A stretch of DNA of 64,000 bases, taken from contig JAFRMX010000010.1 of the NCBI GenBank assembly GCA_017430455.1, forward strand, positions 40,777 to 104,776, written 5' to 3'. Below, in pieces: positions 1 to 9,175 of this stretch. This stretch comes from Oscillospiraceae bacterium (GTDB lineage Bacteria > Bacillota > Clostridia > Oscillospirales > Oscillospiraceae). The position numbers and the translations under genes were made by a program. Within the stretch, counting starts at the first letter, position 1. The number at the start of each line of letters is the position of its first letter. The notes below the pieces were generated by a model. That model was not told where the DNA came from, did no database searches, and was given only the letters and a program-made list of their open reading frames with translations.

Positions 1-355
1 TGACCCTGAGGTTATTGTCTTTCAGAAACGTCAAGCCGGGTACGGAAGAATATAAAAGATCCCCGCTGACGTCAAAAAGCTTCAGACGAAACGGGTCTTT
101 GCAGGCCTCGAGCCGGAGCGCCTTTGTAGATATCACATATTTTTCTGCGCTCTCCTCCGCCTCCGGAAGAAAACTGCCATTTATAGCATCGCTCTCAAGG
201 ACATAATCCGTGAGCGCCGGACCTCCGCCAAAGGAGACTTTAACGCGAAATATCTCATCCGTGAGCGCCGAGACCAGCATCTCCGCTCCGTTTAGATAAA
301 AGCGATATTTCTTTCCCTCTTTTTCAGATCCCTCAATTCTTGAACATATAGTCAT
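1..355 (-). CDS. Partial CDS (5' end only). The N-terminal region resembles GH31-family alpha-glucosidase/xylosidase.
   Basis: Open minus-strand frame from ATG at 355-353 (MTICSRIEGSEKEGKKYRFYLNGAEMLVSALTDEIFRVKVSFGGGP...) that runs off the window edge. It is absent from the ORF track because it has no in-window stop. Divergent from an MFS transporter. Confidence 0.5.
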   Translation of the reverse strand, partial: MTICSRIEGSEKEGKKYRFYLNGAEMLVSALTDEIFRVKVSFGGGPALTDYVLESDAINGSFLPEAEESAEKYVISTKALRLEACKDPFRLKLFDVSGDLLYSSVPGLTFLKDNNLRV

Positions 356-450
356 TGCAAACAGCCTCGTTTCCGGTTTTAGGATATTTTACCACAAAGC
401 GGCATATAATAAAACAAAAAGCATCCTGTGTCCTCCGCCCTTATAAACCT

Positions 451-479
451 TTGACCTTTCGGATATACTGAGTTACAAT
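451..479 (+). promoter_or_regulatory. Sigma-A type promoter for the MFS transporter gene
   Basis: TTGACC (451-456), 17-nt spacer, TACAAT (474-479), about 35 nt upstream of the ATG at 513. Confidence 0.6.
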
Positions 480-512
480 ACGGTATAACGATAAAACCAT
501 GCGGAGGCGGAT

Positions 513-1808
513 ATGGAGAAAAAGAAGATTAGCAGACGCGACTGGATACTGATCTGGGTCCTCGCTTTCTGCGGACAGATGTGCTGGGCTGTGGAGAACA
601 ATACTTTCGCGACCTATGCCCTGGCAAAAACGGGAAGCCCCGATACTGTAACATGGATGGTGGCGCTCTCTGCCGCGACGACGACGATAGCCACGTTCAT
701 CAGCGGCACGCTCGGCGACAGGCTGGGGCGCAGAAGAAGGATCATCGCCATCGGCTTCATACTCTGGGGCATATTCACGATCGCTTTCGGTCTTGCGGAT
801 TTCATACCGCAGAACGACCTCTCGTTCATCGCCGTATATCTGGTCGCCATGGACGCCGTGATGAGCTTCTGCGGCTCAATCGGATACTCGGGGGGCGTCA
901 ATCCCTGGACGACGGATATCTCTGACGAGAGCAACAGAGGCAGCGTCTCCGCTGCCATAAGCTCGATGGTCATCATCGCGAATATCGTGGTGCTTGGGCT
1001 TCAGGGCTTTATAGTCGAGACCTTCGGCTTCCTTCCGATGTTCGCTTTCATGGGCGCTTTCGTGCTGCTGATAGGAGTCCTCTGTTTCCTGGTGCTCAGG
1101 GACAGCCCGGACCTTAAGCCCTCTGTCACACACAAAAGCTTCTGGGCGCAGGTGCTCGCCGCCTTCAATTTCAGGGAGACCTTCAGGAACAAAGCCCTGC
1201 TCTGGATGCTGCTCACGCTCTGTGTCTACACGATAGGCTTCAACATCTACATGTCATACGCCACGTCCTACCTCTGGATCTATTTCCCGGTATATTCGGG
1301 TATTGAAATAAGCAAGGGCAGCGCGAGCATTATCCAGGGGATAGGCATGCTGCTCGGTGTGGTTTTGAGCGTATTTTTCATAAAGCCGATAAACAGGGGC
1401 AAGTGCTCCCGTATGACCCTGGTTTCGGTCATAGTCTCAGTCTTCTCGCTCATCTTGCTCGGTTTTTCCAAAAATGTGGCGATGCTCTATGTGTTCATCT
1501 CGCTGAGCAGCTTCGGCTATGTGCTCTGTCTGCTCGCAACCACCGCCTGGTTCAAGAACCTGTGCCCCGAGGACAGGCGCGGCCAGCTTGAGGGCATCAA
1601 GCAGATTTTCTACAATCTTGTTCCCATGATAATCGGCCCGGTAATCGCGGCGACCATAATCAAGAAGATCAATTTCGTCATAAACGTAGACGGCGTGGAT
1701 GTGACTTCCCCGACAAACGTCATTTTCATGGTCGCGGGCATCTTCACTGTCCTGACCCTGATCCCGCTCTTCACGGCAATGAAATACGAAAAGCAGACAC
1801 AGGCCTGA
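513..1808 (+). CDS. MFS family transporter
   Basis: 431 aa with about 12 hydrophobic segments and the MFS loop motif GTLGDRLGRRRRI between TM2 and TM3. Confidence 0.85.
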   Translation: MEKKKISRRDWILIWVLAFCGQMCWAVENNTFATYALAKTGSPDTVTWMVALSAATTTIATFISGTLGDRLGRRRRIIAIGFILWGIFTIAFGLADFIPQNDLSFIAVYLVAMDAVMSFCGSIGYSGGVNPWTTDISDESNRGSVSAAISSMVIIANIVVLGLQGFIVETFGFLPMFAFMGAFVLLIGVLCFLVLRDSPDLKPSVTHKSFWAQVLAAFNFRETFRNKALLWMLLTLCVYTIGFNIYMSYATSYLWIYFPVYSGIEISKGSASIIQGIGMLLGVVLSVFFIKPINRGKCSRMTLVSVIVSVFSLILLGFSKNVAMLYVFISLSSFGYVLCLLATTAWFKNLCPEDRRGQLEGIKQIFYNLVPMIIGPVIAATIIKKINFVINVDGVDVTSPTNVIFMVAGIFTVLTLIPLFTAMKYEKQTQA

Positions 1809-1825
1809 CAAGGACCAAAATACAA

Positions 1826-1854
1826 AAGCCACACTTCCGTGTGGCTTATTTTTC
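1826..1854 (+). terminator. Rho-independent terminator
   Basis: AAGCCACAC-TTCC-GTGTGGCTT hairpin followed by ATTTTTC, 18 nt after the MFS stop. Confidence 0.8.
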
Positions 1855-1937
1855 TTCCCTTTCTATAAAAAACATCATACTTTACAACAAATGATATGCA
1901 GACTCCTCGTAGCAGGATACGAAGTGCCTGTTTTTTA

Positions 1938-2157
1938 CGTGTCATAATATGGCACGAAGATGATTTTTAAAACCATTGGTATTATTGGGTTATGACGGGT
2001 ATGACACGTATGACGCGTATGACGCGTAGATAGACATATGTGATTATCCGCAGTTTTTAGGTGTGTTCAAGTACGTGTCATTCCCGTCATACGTGTCATA
2101 AACCGTTGAAAATACAGGATTCCTTGATGACATGTCTCTCTTGCTTATGACACGTAT
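1938..2157 (+). repeat. Word-array element R1. Private word TATGACRCGTA / TACGYGTCATA.
   Basis: Hairpin CGTGTCAT-AAT-ATGGCACG (1938-1956). Four direct copies of TATGACNNG (1991-2028). About 43 bp of core. Three reverse-complement copies (2072-2100). Further copies at 2126-2136 and 2146-2156. Confidence 0.85.
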
Positions 2158-2375
2158 ATTATATTCTCCCAAAAGGCGCTCTGCATTTTTGAGACGGAAT
2201 AAACTCCGGTACCGCATATCGGGTACCGAAGATGTAATGATTTATTCGATCGCGAGGACAGTTGAGATATGAAGCGATGTAAACTGAAGTTTATCGAATT
2301 TTTTTCTTTATTTTTCACGGGTATGTGATAAACTGATATATTATTGATCGGGGATATCCCGTCCGGCAGGAGAAT

Positions 2376-3557
2376 ATGGAACATCACGCGAGACATGAGA
2401 GAATATGGCGCTTTTTAAGGCCGTTCGTACGGCTTTATTTCCGTATCAGCGCAAATTGCCGGGTGCCCGAGATCTGTGATCTCGAGGGGCCTTTATTCGT
2501 AATGTGCAACCACAACACGGATCTCGACCCGCTCATACTCGGCACCGCGTTTAAGCACCAGTTCTATTATGTTGCGAGCGAGCATGTCATGAGAAGCGGA
2601 ATACTTTCTAAGCTTCTCGCCTTCGCTCAGCCTCCCATAGTCCGCCAGAAGGGCGGAAGCGCCGCGGGGACAGTACGCGAGATGCTGAAGACCTTCAAGG
2701 AGGGGCAGAGTGTAGGCCTGTTCCCCGAGGGCAACCGCTCCTGGGACGGGGTCACGCGCGACTTCGCCCCGGCGACCGGAAAGCTCGCGAAAACGAGCGG
2801 AGCGACGCTCGTCACAGTCTGTCTCAAGGGAGCTTATCTCGCCTCCCCGAGATGGTCCGGTGCCAGGATCCGCAGAGGCGGGATCACGGTGGAGATAAGG
2901 GGCGTATATCCTCCGGAGGAGCTCAAAAAGATGAGCACCGCCGAGGTGAACGCGCTTATCGCGAGAGATCTTTTTGAGGACGCCTTCGAGCTCCAGAGGT
3001 CTCTTGAAAAGCCTGTCAGATACCGTTCGAAAACTCCGGCCGAGCATCTGGAGACGGCTCTGTGTATCTGCCCGAAATGCAGAAAAACAGGCACGATGAG
3101 AAGCAGAAAGACCGAGTTCTTCTGTACTGAATGCGGGCTCAAGGTCAGATATGAAGAGACCGGGTTCTTCAGCGGGGAGGAGGATATTCCTTTCGACACC
3201 GTTCGCGACTGGTACGCCTGGCAGACAGAGGAGATAAAAGCTCTCTGCGACGGCACCGCGGACGGAGGCCTTATCTTCGAGGACGCAGGATTCAGGCTCA
3301 AATCCGTAAAGACGGGCGTCTCCAGCCGGGACCTCGGCACGGACACGCTGAGCCTTTATAAGGACGCCCTGGTCCTTCCCGACAATACGAGGATACCTCT
3401 AGACAAGCTCGCCGGTATGGCGATAAGAGGGAGCAGCTGTCTGTTTCTCAGCACGGAGGGCGGCGAAAACTATGAGATCACCGCTCCCGTCACGACCAGC
3501 TGCGAGAAATATCTCTCCGCCTGCATGGCGCTCGGCTGCAGCGTAAACGGAACATAA
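2376..3557 (+). CDS. PlsC-family lysophospholipid acyltransferase with a C-terminal zinc-ribbon extension
   Basis: HX4D motif (CNHNTDLDP) and the FPEGNRS motif. The C-terminal half carries CPKC...CTEC. AGGAG RBS lies before the ATG. Confidence 0.8.
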   Translation: MEHHARHERIWRFLRPFVRLYFRISANCRVPEICDLEGPLFVMCNHNTDLDPLILGTAFKHQFYYVASEHVMRSGILSKLLAFAQPPIVRQKGGSAAGTVREMLKTFKEGQSVGLFPEGNRSWDGVTRDFAPATGKLAKTSGATLVTVCLKGAYLASPRWSGARIRRGGITVEIRGVYPPEELKKMSTAEVNALIARDLFEDAFELQRSLEKPVRYRSKTPAEHLETALCICPKCRKTGTMRSRKTEFFCTECGLKVRYEETGFFSGEEDIPFDTVRDWYAWQTEEIKALCDGTADGGLIFEDAGFRLKSVKTGVSSRDLGTDTLSLYKDALVLPDNTRIPLDKLAGMAIRGSSCLFLSTEGGENYEITAPVTTSCEKYLSACMALGCSVNGT

Positions 3558-3598
3558 TAAACAATCAAAATACAATATAATATATCCTGTTGTAAAAG

Positions 3599-5095
3599 GT
3601 GGTGTGGCAAGTGACACGCATAGGCTTTGACAATGACAAATACGTCAAGCTCCAGTCCCAACATATCAGAGACAGAATAGACCATTTCGGCGGAAAGCTG
3701 TTCCTGGAATTCGGAGGAAAGCTCTTCGACGACTATCACGCCTCGCGCGTTCTCCCCGGTTTCCAGCCGGACAGCAAAGTGAAGATGCTCCTCGAGATGA
3801 AAGACGACGCGGAGATAGTCATAGTCGTATCTGCCGACGATATCGAGCGCAGCAAGCGCAGGGGAGACCTGGGCATCACGTATCAGGACGATACACTGAG
3901 GCTCATCGACGCGTTCCGGGGCATAGGGCTCTTCGTCGGAAGTGTTGTCCTGACGCACTACCGGGAGCAGACTGCAGCGGAAAAGTTCCAGAAGAGGCTC
4001 GAGGCGCTCGGCGTCAGAGTCTACCGGCATTATGTGATCCCGAACTACCCCTCGGACGTGAATCTCATCGTCTCCGACGACGGCTTCGGAAAGAACGAAT
4101 ACATAGAGACCTCCCGCCGCCTCGTGGTCGTAACTGCTCCGGGGCCGGGAAGCGGCAAGATGGCGACCTGCCTTAGCCAGCTCTACCACGAGCAGAAAAG
4201 GGGCGTCAAGGCGGGATACGCGAAATTCGAGACTTTCCCCATCTGGAACCTGCCTTTAAAGCACCCCGTTAACCTGGCCTATGAAGCCGCCACGGCGGAC
4301 CTGGACGACGTCAACATGATAGACCCCTTCCACCTGGAGGCCTACGGTGAGACGACCGTCAATTATAACCGCGATGTCGAGATCTTCCCCGTTCTCGACG
4401 CCATCTTTAAGAAGATCAGCGGGGAGAGCCCCTACAAGAGCCCCACGGATATGGGCGTTAACATGTGCGGCTTCTGCATCGTCAACGATGAGGCCTGCAG
4501 AGAGGCTGCCAAGCAGGAGATAATTCGCAGATACTACAACGCGCTGGTCTCCCAGAGGCGCGGCTTCAGCGACAGCAGCGAGACCACTAAGATAGAGCTC
4601 CTCATGAATTCGCTCGGCACGGGCCCGGACGACAGGCCCGTCGTAAAGGCCGCTCTGGACAGGGCGGAAGCGACGGGAGGCCCTGCTGTTGCCCTCGAGC
4701 TGAACGACGGGACGATCATAACCGGAAAGACTACTTCTCTTCTCGGAGCCTCCTCGGCCTGTCTTCTGAACGCTCTCAAATATCTGGCGGGCATTCCGAA
4801 GAAGGAGCTGCTGATGCCGCCTGAGGTCATAGAGCCGATACAGCACCTCAAGGTCGAGCATCTGGGGAACCACAACCCGAGGATGCACACCGACGAGCTG
4901 CTCATCGCGCTTACGATCGTCGCCGTAAACGACCCGAGGGCCGGGCTCGCCATCGATCAGCTGAACAAGCTCAGCGGCTGTGAGGCACATTCGAGCGTTA
5001 TCCTCTCGAGCACGGACGAATCCCTTTTCAAAAAGCTCGGTGTAAACATCACCTTCGAGCCTGTCTATCAGGTCAAGAAGCTGTTCCACAAATAA
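3599..5095 (+). CDS. DUF1846 / UPF0371 family protein
   Basis: 498 aa. The N-terminus IGFDNDKYVKLQSQHIRDRI...GGKLFLEFGGKLFDDYHASRVLPGF is characteristic of UPF0371. Confidence 0.8.
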   Translation: MVWQVTRIGFDNDKYVKLQSQHIRDRIDHFGGKLFLEFGGKLFDDYHASRVLPGFQPDSKVKMLLEMKDDAEIVIVVSADDIERSKRRGDLGITYQDDTLRLIDAFRGIGLFVGSVVLTHYREQTAAEKFQKRLEALGVRVYRHYVIPNYPSDVNLIVSDDGFGKNEYIETSRRLVVVTAPGPGSGKMATCLSQLYHEQKRGVKAGYAKFETFPIWNLPLKHPVNLAYEAATADLDDVNMIDPFHLEAYGETTVNYNRDVEIFPVLDAIFKKISGESPYKSPTDMGVNMCGFCIVNDEACREAAKQEIIRRYYNALVSQRRGFSDSSETTKIELLMNSLGTGPDDRPVVKAALDRAEATGGPAVALELNDGTIITGKTTSLLGASSACLLNALKYLAGIPKKELLMPPEVIEPIQHLKVEHLGNHNPRMHTDELLIALTIVAVNDPRAGLAIDQLNKLSGCEAHSSVILSSTDESLFKKLGVNITFEPVYQVKKLFHK

Positions 5096-5151
5096 TGATC
5101 CCGAAGGTTTATACCACAGGTTTCTTTATAAATCCAATATCGATATAATAC

Positions 5152-5177
5152 AAAAGCAGCCGTAAGGGCTGCTTTTT
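5152..5177 (+). terminator. Rho-independent terminator
   Basis: AAAAGCAGCC-GTAAG-GGCTGCTTTTT hairpin with a T tract. Confidence 0.75.
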
Positions 5178-5273
5178 GCAAAGTATTCTCTGCATTACTG
5201 AACGATTGCGCACAGTACTCTTTTATATTATAATCTCCTTAAAAATCTCTGATCTGCGGGGGTGAGAAGGAAA

Positions 5274-6068
5274 ATGGAAAACGGATGCGTAGCTGTCAGC
5301 GGCACTGACATGTACTATGTTTCCTTCGGCCGGGGGAAAAAGACTCTCGTCGTGCTGCCCGGACTCTCGGACGGGCTGGCCACGGTCAAAGGGAAGGCTC
5401 TGGTGCTGTCCGCTCCCTACCGGAAATATCTGGGAGATTACAGCGTTTATATGTTCAGCCGGAAAAACAGCATGCCGAAGGACTATACGATAAGTCAGAT
5501 GGCGGAGGATCAGGCCCTTGCCATGAAAGCTCTGGGTATAGACAGAGCCTTCGTTCTGGGCGTGTCCCAAGGGGGCATGATCGCCCAGTATCTCGCGATC
5601 GATCATCCCGAGGCCGTCGAAAAGCTGATCCTCGCAGTAACTGCCCCCTATGCCAATAACACGGTAAGAGAGGCTGTCGGAGCATGGATAGAGATGGCGG
5701 AACGGGGAGACCACCTCTCTCTGATGACCGACACTGCGGAGAGGATGTATTCGGACGCCTTCCTCGAGAAAAACCGAAAGCTCCTGCCGCTTACTGCCCG
5801 GCTCACGAAGCCCGCGAGCTATGAGAGGTTTTTCAGAAACGCATACGCTATCCTGGATTTCGACGCGCGGGAGGAGCTCTCTTCTGTGAAATGCCCCGTG
5901 CTGATCATTGCGGGCTCCGAGGACAGGACTGTAGGAACGGAAGCAGCAGATGATCTGAAGGAATGCATTCCGGAAAGCCGGGTGTATGTATACGAAGGGC
6001 TCGGGCACGGCCTCTATGAGGAAGCCCGGGATTTCTACGACAGAGTATTCGATTTCTGCGAGGCCTGA
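5274..6068 (+). CDS. Alpha/beta-fold hydrolase
   Basis: Nucleophile elbow GVSQGG, plus the late GSEDRTV and GHGLY motifs. ATG at 5274 is preferred over the track start (5262) because of the GAAGGA RBS. Confidence 0.8.
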   Translation: MENGCVAVSGTDMYYVSFGRGKKTLVVLPGLSDGLATVKGKALVLSAPYRKYLGDYSVYMFSRKNSMPKDYTISQMAEDQALAMKALGIDRAFVLGVSQGGMIAQYLAIDHPEAVEKLILAVTAPYANNTVREAVGAWIEMAERGDHLSLMTDTAERMYSDAFLEKNRKLLPLTARLTKPASYERFFRNAYAILDFDAREELSSVKCPVLIIAGSEDRTVGTEAADDLKECIPESRVYVYEGLGHGLYEEARDFYDRVFDFCEA

Positions 6069-6082
6069 TAAGGAGGAAAAGC

Positions 6083-6649
6083 ATGAACAAAGCAGTTATA
6101 GTGATAGACATGCAGTACGGGTTCATCGACCCCGCGTCGCCGCTCTGCATCCCTTACGCGAGGGGCACCGTCCCCGCTTGCGCGAGGGTAATCGCGAAAG
6201 CGCATGAAAGCGGCATCCCCGTCATTTTCGTCAACAGGAGCTATCGCGAAGACGGGCTCGACGTCGAGAAGACGCGGCTTAAGACATGGGAGACGGCAAA
6301 GCCTATGATTCCCGGCTCTCCGCTGCAGCTCTCAGCCGAAAATCCGCCTGAGCTCGGCAGGACACCCGAAGATATCTGCATCGAAAAGCCCAGATTCTCC
6401 GCGTTCTTCTCGACGAAGCTGGACATGGTGCTCCGTAGGATGGGGATCGGGCACATCTACATCATGGGCACGACCACCCCGAACTGTATCCGGACGACCT
6501 GCTTCGACGCGCTCTGTCTGGACTACGACGTGAGCGTGCTCGAGGACTGCACCTCCAGCGTCACTCCAGAGATCCAGAGCGCGAACATACTCGATATGAA
6601 AAACATAGGTGCGGAGATCCTCTCCTCGGAAGAGTTCTGCTCCGCCTGA
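6083..6649 (+). CDS. Isochorismatase-family cysteine hydrolase
   Basis: 188 aa with VIVIDMQYGF at the N-terminus and GTTTPNCIRTT (catalytic Cys context). Confidence 0.8.
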   Translation: MNKAVIVIDMQYGFIDPASPLCIPYARGTVPACARVIAKAHESGIPVIFVNRSYREDGLDVEKTRLKTWETAKPMIPGSPLQLSAENPPELGRTPEDICIEKPRFSAFFSTKLDMVLRRMGIGHIYIMGTTTPNCIRTTCFDALCLDYDVSVLEDCTSSVTPEIQSANILDMKNIGAEILSSEEFCSA

Positions 6650-6689
6650 ATTTCCCGCAACCGGACCTGCAAACGACAAACAAATAAAA

Positions 6690-6737
6690 GAGAAAAGGGC
6701 AGCAACAGTTAACAGTTTGTTTACTTGCCCTTTTCTC
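6690..6737. terminator. Putative bidirectional terminator between convergent genes
   Basis: GAGAAAAGGGCA ... TGCCCTTTTCTC arms with a rather long loop (about 24 nt). Confidence 0.45.
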
Positions 6738-6838
6738 AAATGCGTGCTATTATAATACCAGTCAACCGGGAAGAGCAAAGTAAGACACCTTAAATGCGGC
6801 AGTGCTTGCTCTTCGGCGGTGATTTTTTATGCCCTTTT

Positions 6839-7633
6839 TCAGACTTTCAAGAATCTCTCCTCAAAGGCCGTGAGGATCTCCTTCTGGGTATCATCCAGGA
6901 ACTTCAGCGCGTGTTCCCTGATATCATCCGGTATCCCGTAATACGCCTGTGCGATGCCTCCGGTGATGGCAGCGATCGTATCGCTGTCCCCTCCTATCGA
7001 GATCGCGTTGCGTATCGCATCCTCGAAGCCTGTTGATTCGAAGAAGGCCTCCAGAGCCTGCGGCACGGAGCCCTGGCACGAGACGTCGAATCTGTAGCGG
7101 GGCCTTATATCATCCAGAGTAAAATTTATCCGGTAGTAGTTCTCCGTTATATGATCCCTTATCTCCTGGATGCTCTTTCCTGTCCTAGCGAGATAGACAG
7201 CAGCTGCTGTCGCCTCCGCGCCTTTCATTCCCTCGGGATGGTCATGCGTGACCTCCGTGACGCGGTCCGCCAGATAGAGCGCTTCCTCGAGAGAAGCCGC
7301 AGCAAACCCGCAGGGGCTCACTCTCATGGCGGAGCCGTTTCCCCAGCTCTGATAGGGCTCGGGGAATCTGCTCAGCAGCCAGCTGCTGAACCTCCCGCCG
7401 TAGCCCGCATCCGGGTATTTTCTTCCGAGCTCCTGCATCCTTATGACAGCCTTGCTCCCGAGATCGGAATAATCCCCGTCACAGTCGAGTATCGCTCTTG
7501 CCACTGCCAGGGTCATGATGCTGTCATCTGTGGGTTCGCATTTCCTGTCCGAGAAGAACTCGAAGTCCTTCGTCTTAATATTGTTCCATTCGAATCTCGA
7601 TCCGGCAATGTCGCCAATTATTGCTCCAAACAT
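6839..7633 (-). CDS. ADP-ribosylglycohydrolase family protein
   Basis: MFGAIIGDIAGSRFEWNN..., GNGSAMRVSP and IGGDSDTIAAITGGIA motifs. The start was moved to the internal ATG preceded by AAGGAGGAAAAAGCT. Confidence 0.85.
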   Translation of the reverse strand: MFGAIIGDIAGSRFEWNNIKTKDFEFFSDRKCEPTDDSIMTLAVARAILDCDGDYSDLGSKAVIRMQELGRKYPDAGYGGRFSSWLLSRFPEPYQSWGNGSAMRVSPCGFAAASLEEALYLADRVTEVTHDHPEGMKGAEATAAAVYLARTGKSIQEIRDHITENYYRINFTLDDIRPRYRFDVSCQGSVPQALEAFFESTGFEDAIRNAISIGGDSDTIAAITGGIAQAYYGIPDDIREHALKFLDDTQKEILTAFEERFLKV

Positions 7634-7730
7634 AGCTTTTTCCTCCTTTGTTTTATTTGACCGTATTATAAAACAATCGGGGAGCTTTTTGGTCAATCTC
7701 GGATTGACTTTTTTTATGCCCTTCCGGCCT

Positions 7731-8264
7731 TTATATCAGCCTGTAGGTTCTGATGTATTTCTCCGGATCTGCCCCGGTCTCCAAATACCTGAGAAGGATC
7801 TCAGCGCAGGCGCGGCTATCACTGTCCGCCTGATGATGATTGAGGCAGATCCCGTAATAATCGCACATGTCGTTTAATTTGTGGCTTATCCCGGGAAGCA
7901 GGCTCCTGCCCATTACCACGGTACATATTCCTCTGACAAAGGGCTTCCACTCTATTTCATATGCCGAAAGGCAGCTCCTTAAAACGTTCATGTCAAAACT
8001 CGCGTTGTGCGCGACCAGGATCCCGGAAGACATGATCGGCTCTATCTTCTCCCAGAGCTGGGGAAAGGCGGGCGCGTCAAATACGGATTCTTCGTTTATG
8101 CCTGTAAGCTTTATATTGAACCAATCAAAGGGTTGCTCCGGATCGACAAGGGAATAGAAATTGTCCGTGATGATGCCGTCCTCTATAACGGTGATCCCGA
8201 TCGCGCTCATCCGGTTGTTCCAGTGATTCGGAGTCTCGACGTCGAAAACAATAAAGCGGTTCAT
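7731..8264 (-). CDS. DEDDh 3'-5' exonuclease (DnaQ/PolC-exonuclease-like)
   Basis: Exo I FDVETPN, Exo II AHNASFDMNVL, Exo III HHQADSDSRA. Confidence 0.85.
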   Translation of the reverse strand: MNRFIVFDVETPNHWNNRMSAIGITVIEDGIITDNFYSLVDPEQPFDWFNIKLTGINEESVFDAPAFPQLWEKIEPIMSSGILVAHNASFDMNVLRSCLSAYEIEWKPFVRGICTVVMGRSLLPGISHKLNDMCDYYGICLNHHQADSDSRACAEILLRYLETGADPEKYIRTYRLI

Positions 8265-9145
8265 GCCTGTTTCCCCGTCTCTGCCCCGCAGCGGTAATGC
8301 TCCCGCTCGAGGATCTCGTTTGCGGCGGTCCTGTCGATGATCGCTTTCACGAGAAGATCCAGCTCACTTCCCTCGCTGTAGTCCCCGGGGACAAAATATC
8401 TGATCCTGTCCTCGCGCATCATCTTATGAACCTTGCTCCTGTCGTCTTTTTCCTTATTGTATATGCCTATCGAGTGGCCGCCGTATGAGTTGACGAGCTT
8501 CATGCATGGGACATCCGTATCACTGTCGCCTATATACACCATATTCCTGAATGGAACGCGCATCTCCTCGGGCGCGAAATAGTCGTTGACGCTCGGGTCG
8601 TTGATATCCAGCACGCCTTTCTCGATGCGGAAGAGGAACTGTGTCTTGTTAGTATAGTTTACCGCCTGGGCGGGCCACTTCGCCTCCCCGTTCTCATCGA
8701 AGTAGAACGAGCTGGCGTAGATCTTCTCGAAGGCCCCTGCCCTCGCAGGCTCCGTGCCCTCGATCATTTCCTTCAGCCCGGAGGAGATGATATAGTGCTC
8801 GACCTTCACTCCGTGGTCCTCTCCGTATGCCCGGATTCTCTCGAACCATTCGCTGACTCCGGGAAACAGCTCGACCTTTTCCCCGTACTGCCTCAGAGCC
8901 TCTTTTGTGAGCGCGAAATGCCCCTTCGCGCCCAAAAGCATGGCGTACATGTACGCGAGATTGCTGTCCATGTCGTTGCCGGTCGCCAGTATATTGGTCT
9001 CCTTCCAGAAATCATCCACATCGTAACCGACAGACTGTATATAGCCCTGCGCCTGCATATCGTCAGGCGAAAGGGTCTTGTCGAAATCATAGCAGATCGC
9101 CAATACCGGCAATATTCCTTTTTCTTTTCTGATAAAAGCGCCCAT
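8261..9145 (-). CDS. HAD-superfamily hydrolase
   Basis: DxDxT motif (YDFDKTL) and the late GDSDTDVPCM motif. Its stop overlaps the exonuclease start by 4 nt. Confidence 0.75.
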   Translation of the reverse strand: MGAFIRKEKGILPVLAICYDFDKTLSPDDMQAQGYIQSVGYDVDDFWKETNILATGNDMDSNLAYMYAMLLGAKGHFALTKEALRQYGEKVELFPGVSEWFERIRAYGEDHGVKVEHYIISSGLKEMIEGTEPARAGAFEKIYASSFYFDENGEAKWPAQAVNYTNKTQFLFRIEKGVLDINDPSVNDYFAPEEMRVPFRNMVYIGDSDTDVPCMKLVNSYGGHSIGIYNKEKDDRSKVHKMMREDRIRYFVPGDYSEGSELDLLVKAIIDRTAANEILEREHYRCGAETGKQA

Positions 9146-9175
9146 TTCAGCCTCCTGTCATTCTGAGGCAGATTG

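Noticed and set aside
2145-2396. 83-aa minus-strand ORF between R1 and the acyltransferase gene
   Set aside because: It has no RBS, overlaps the acyltransferase start and promoter region, and its composition is atypical of the coding regions here.
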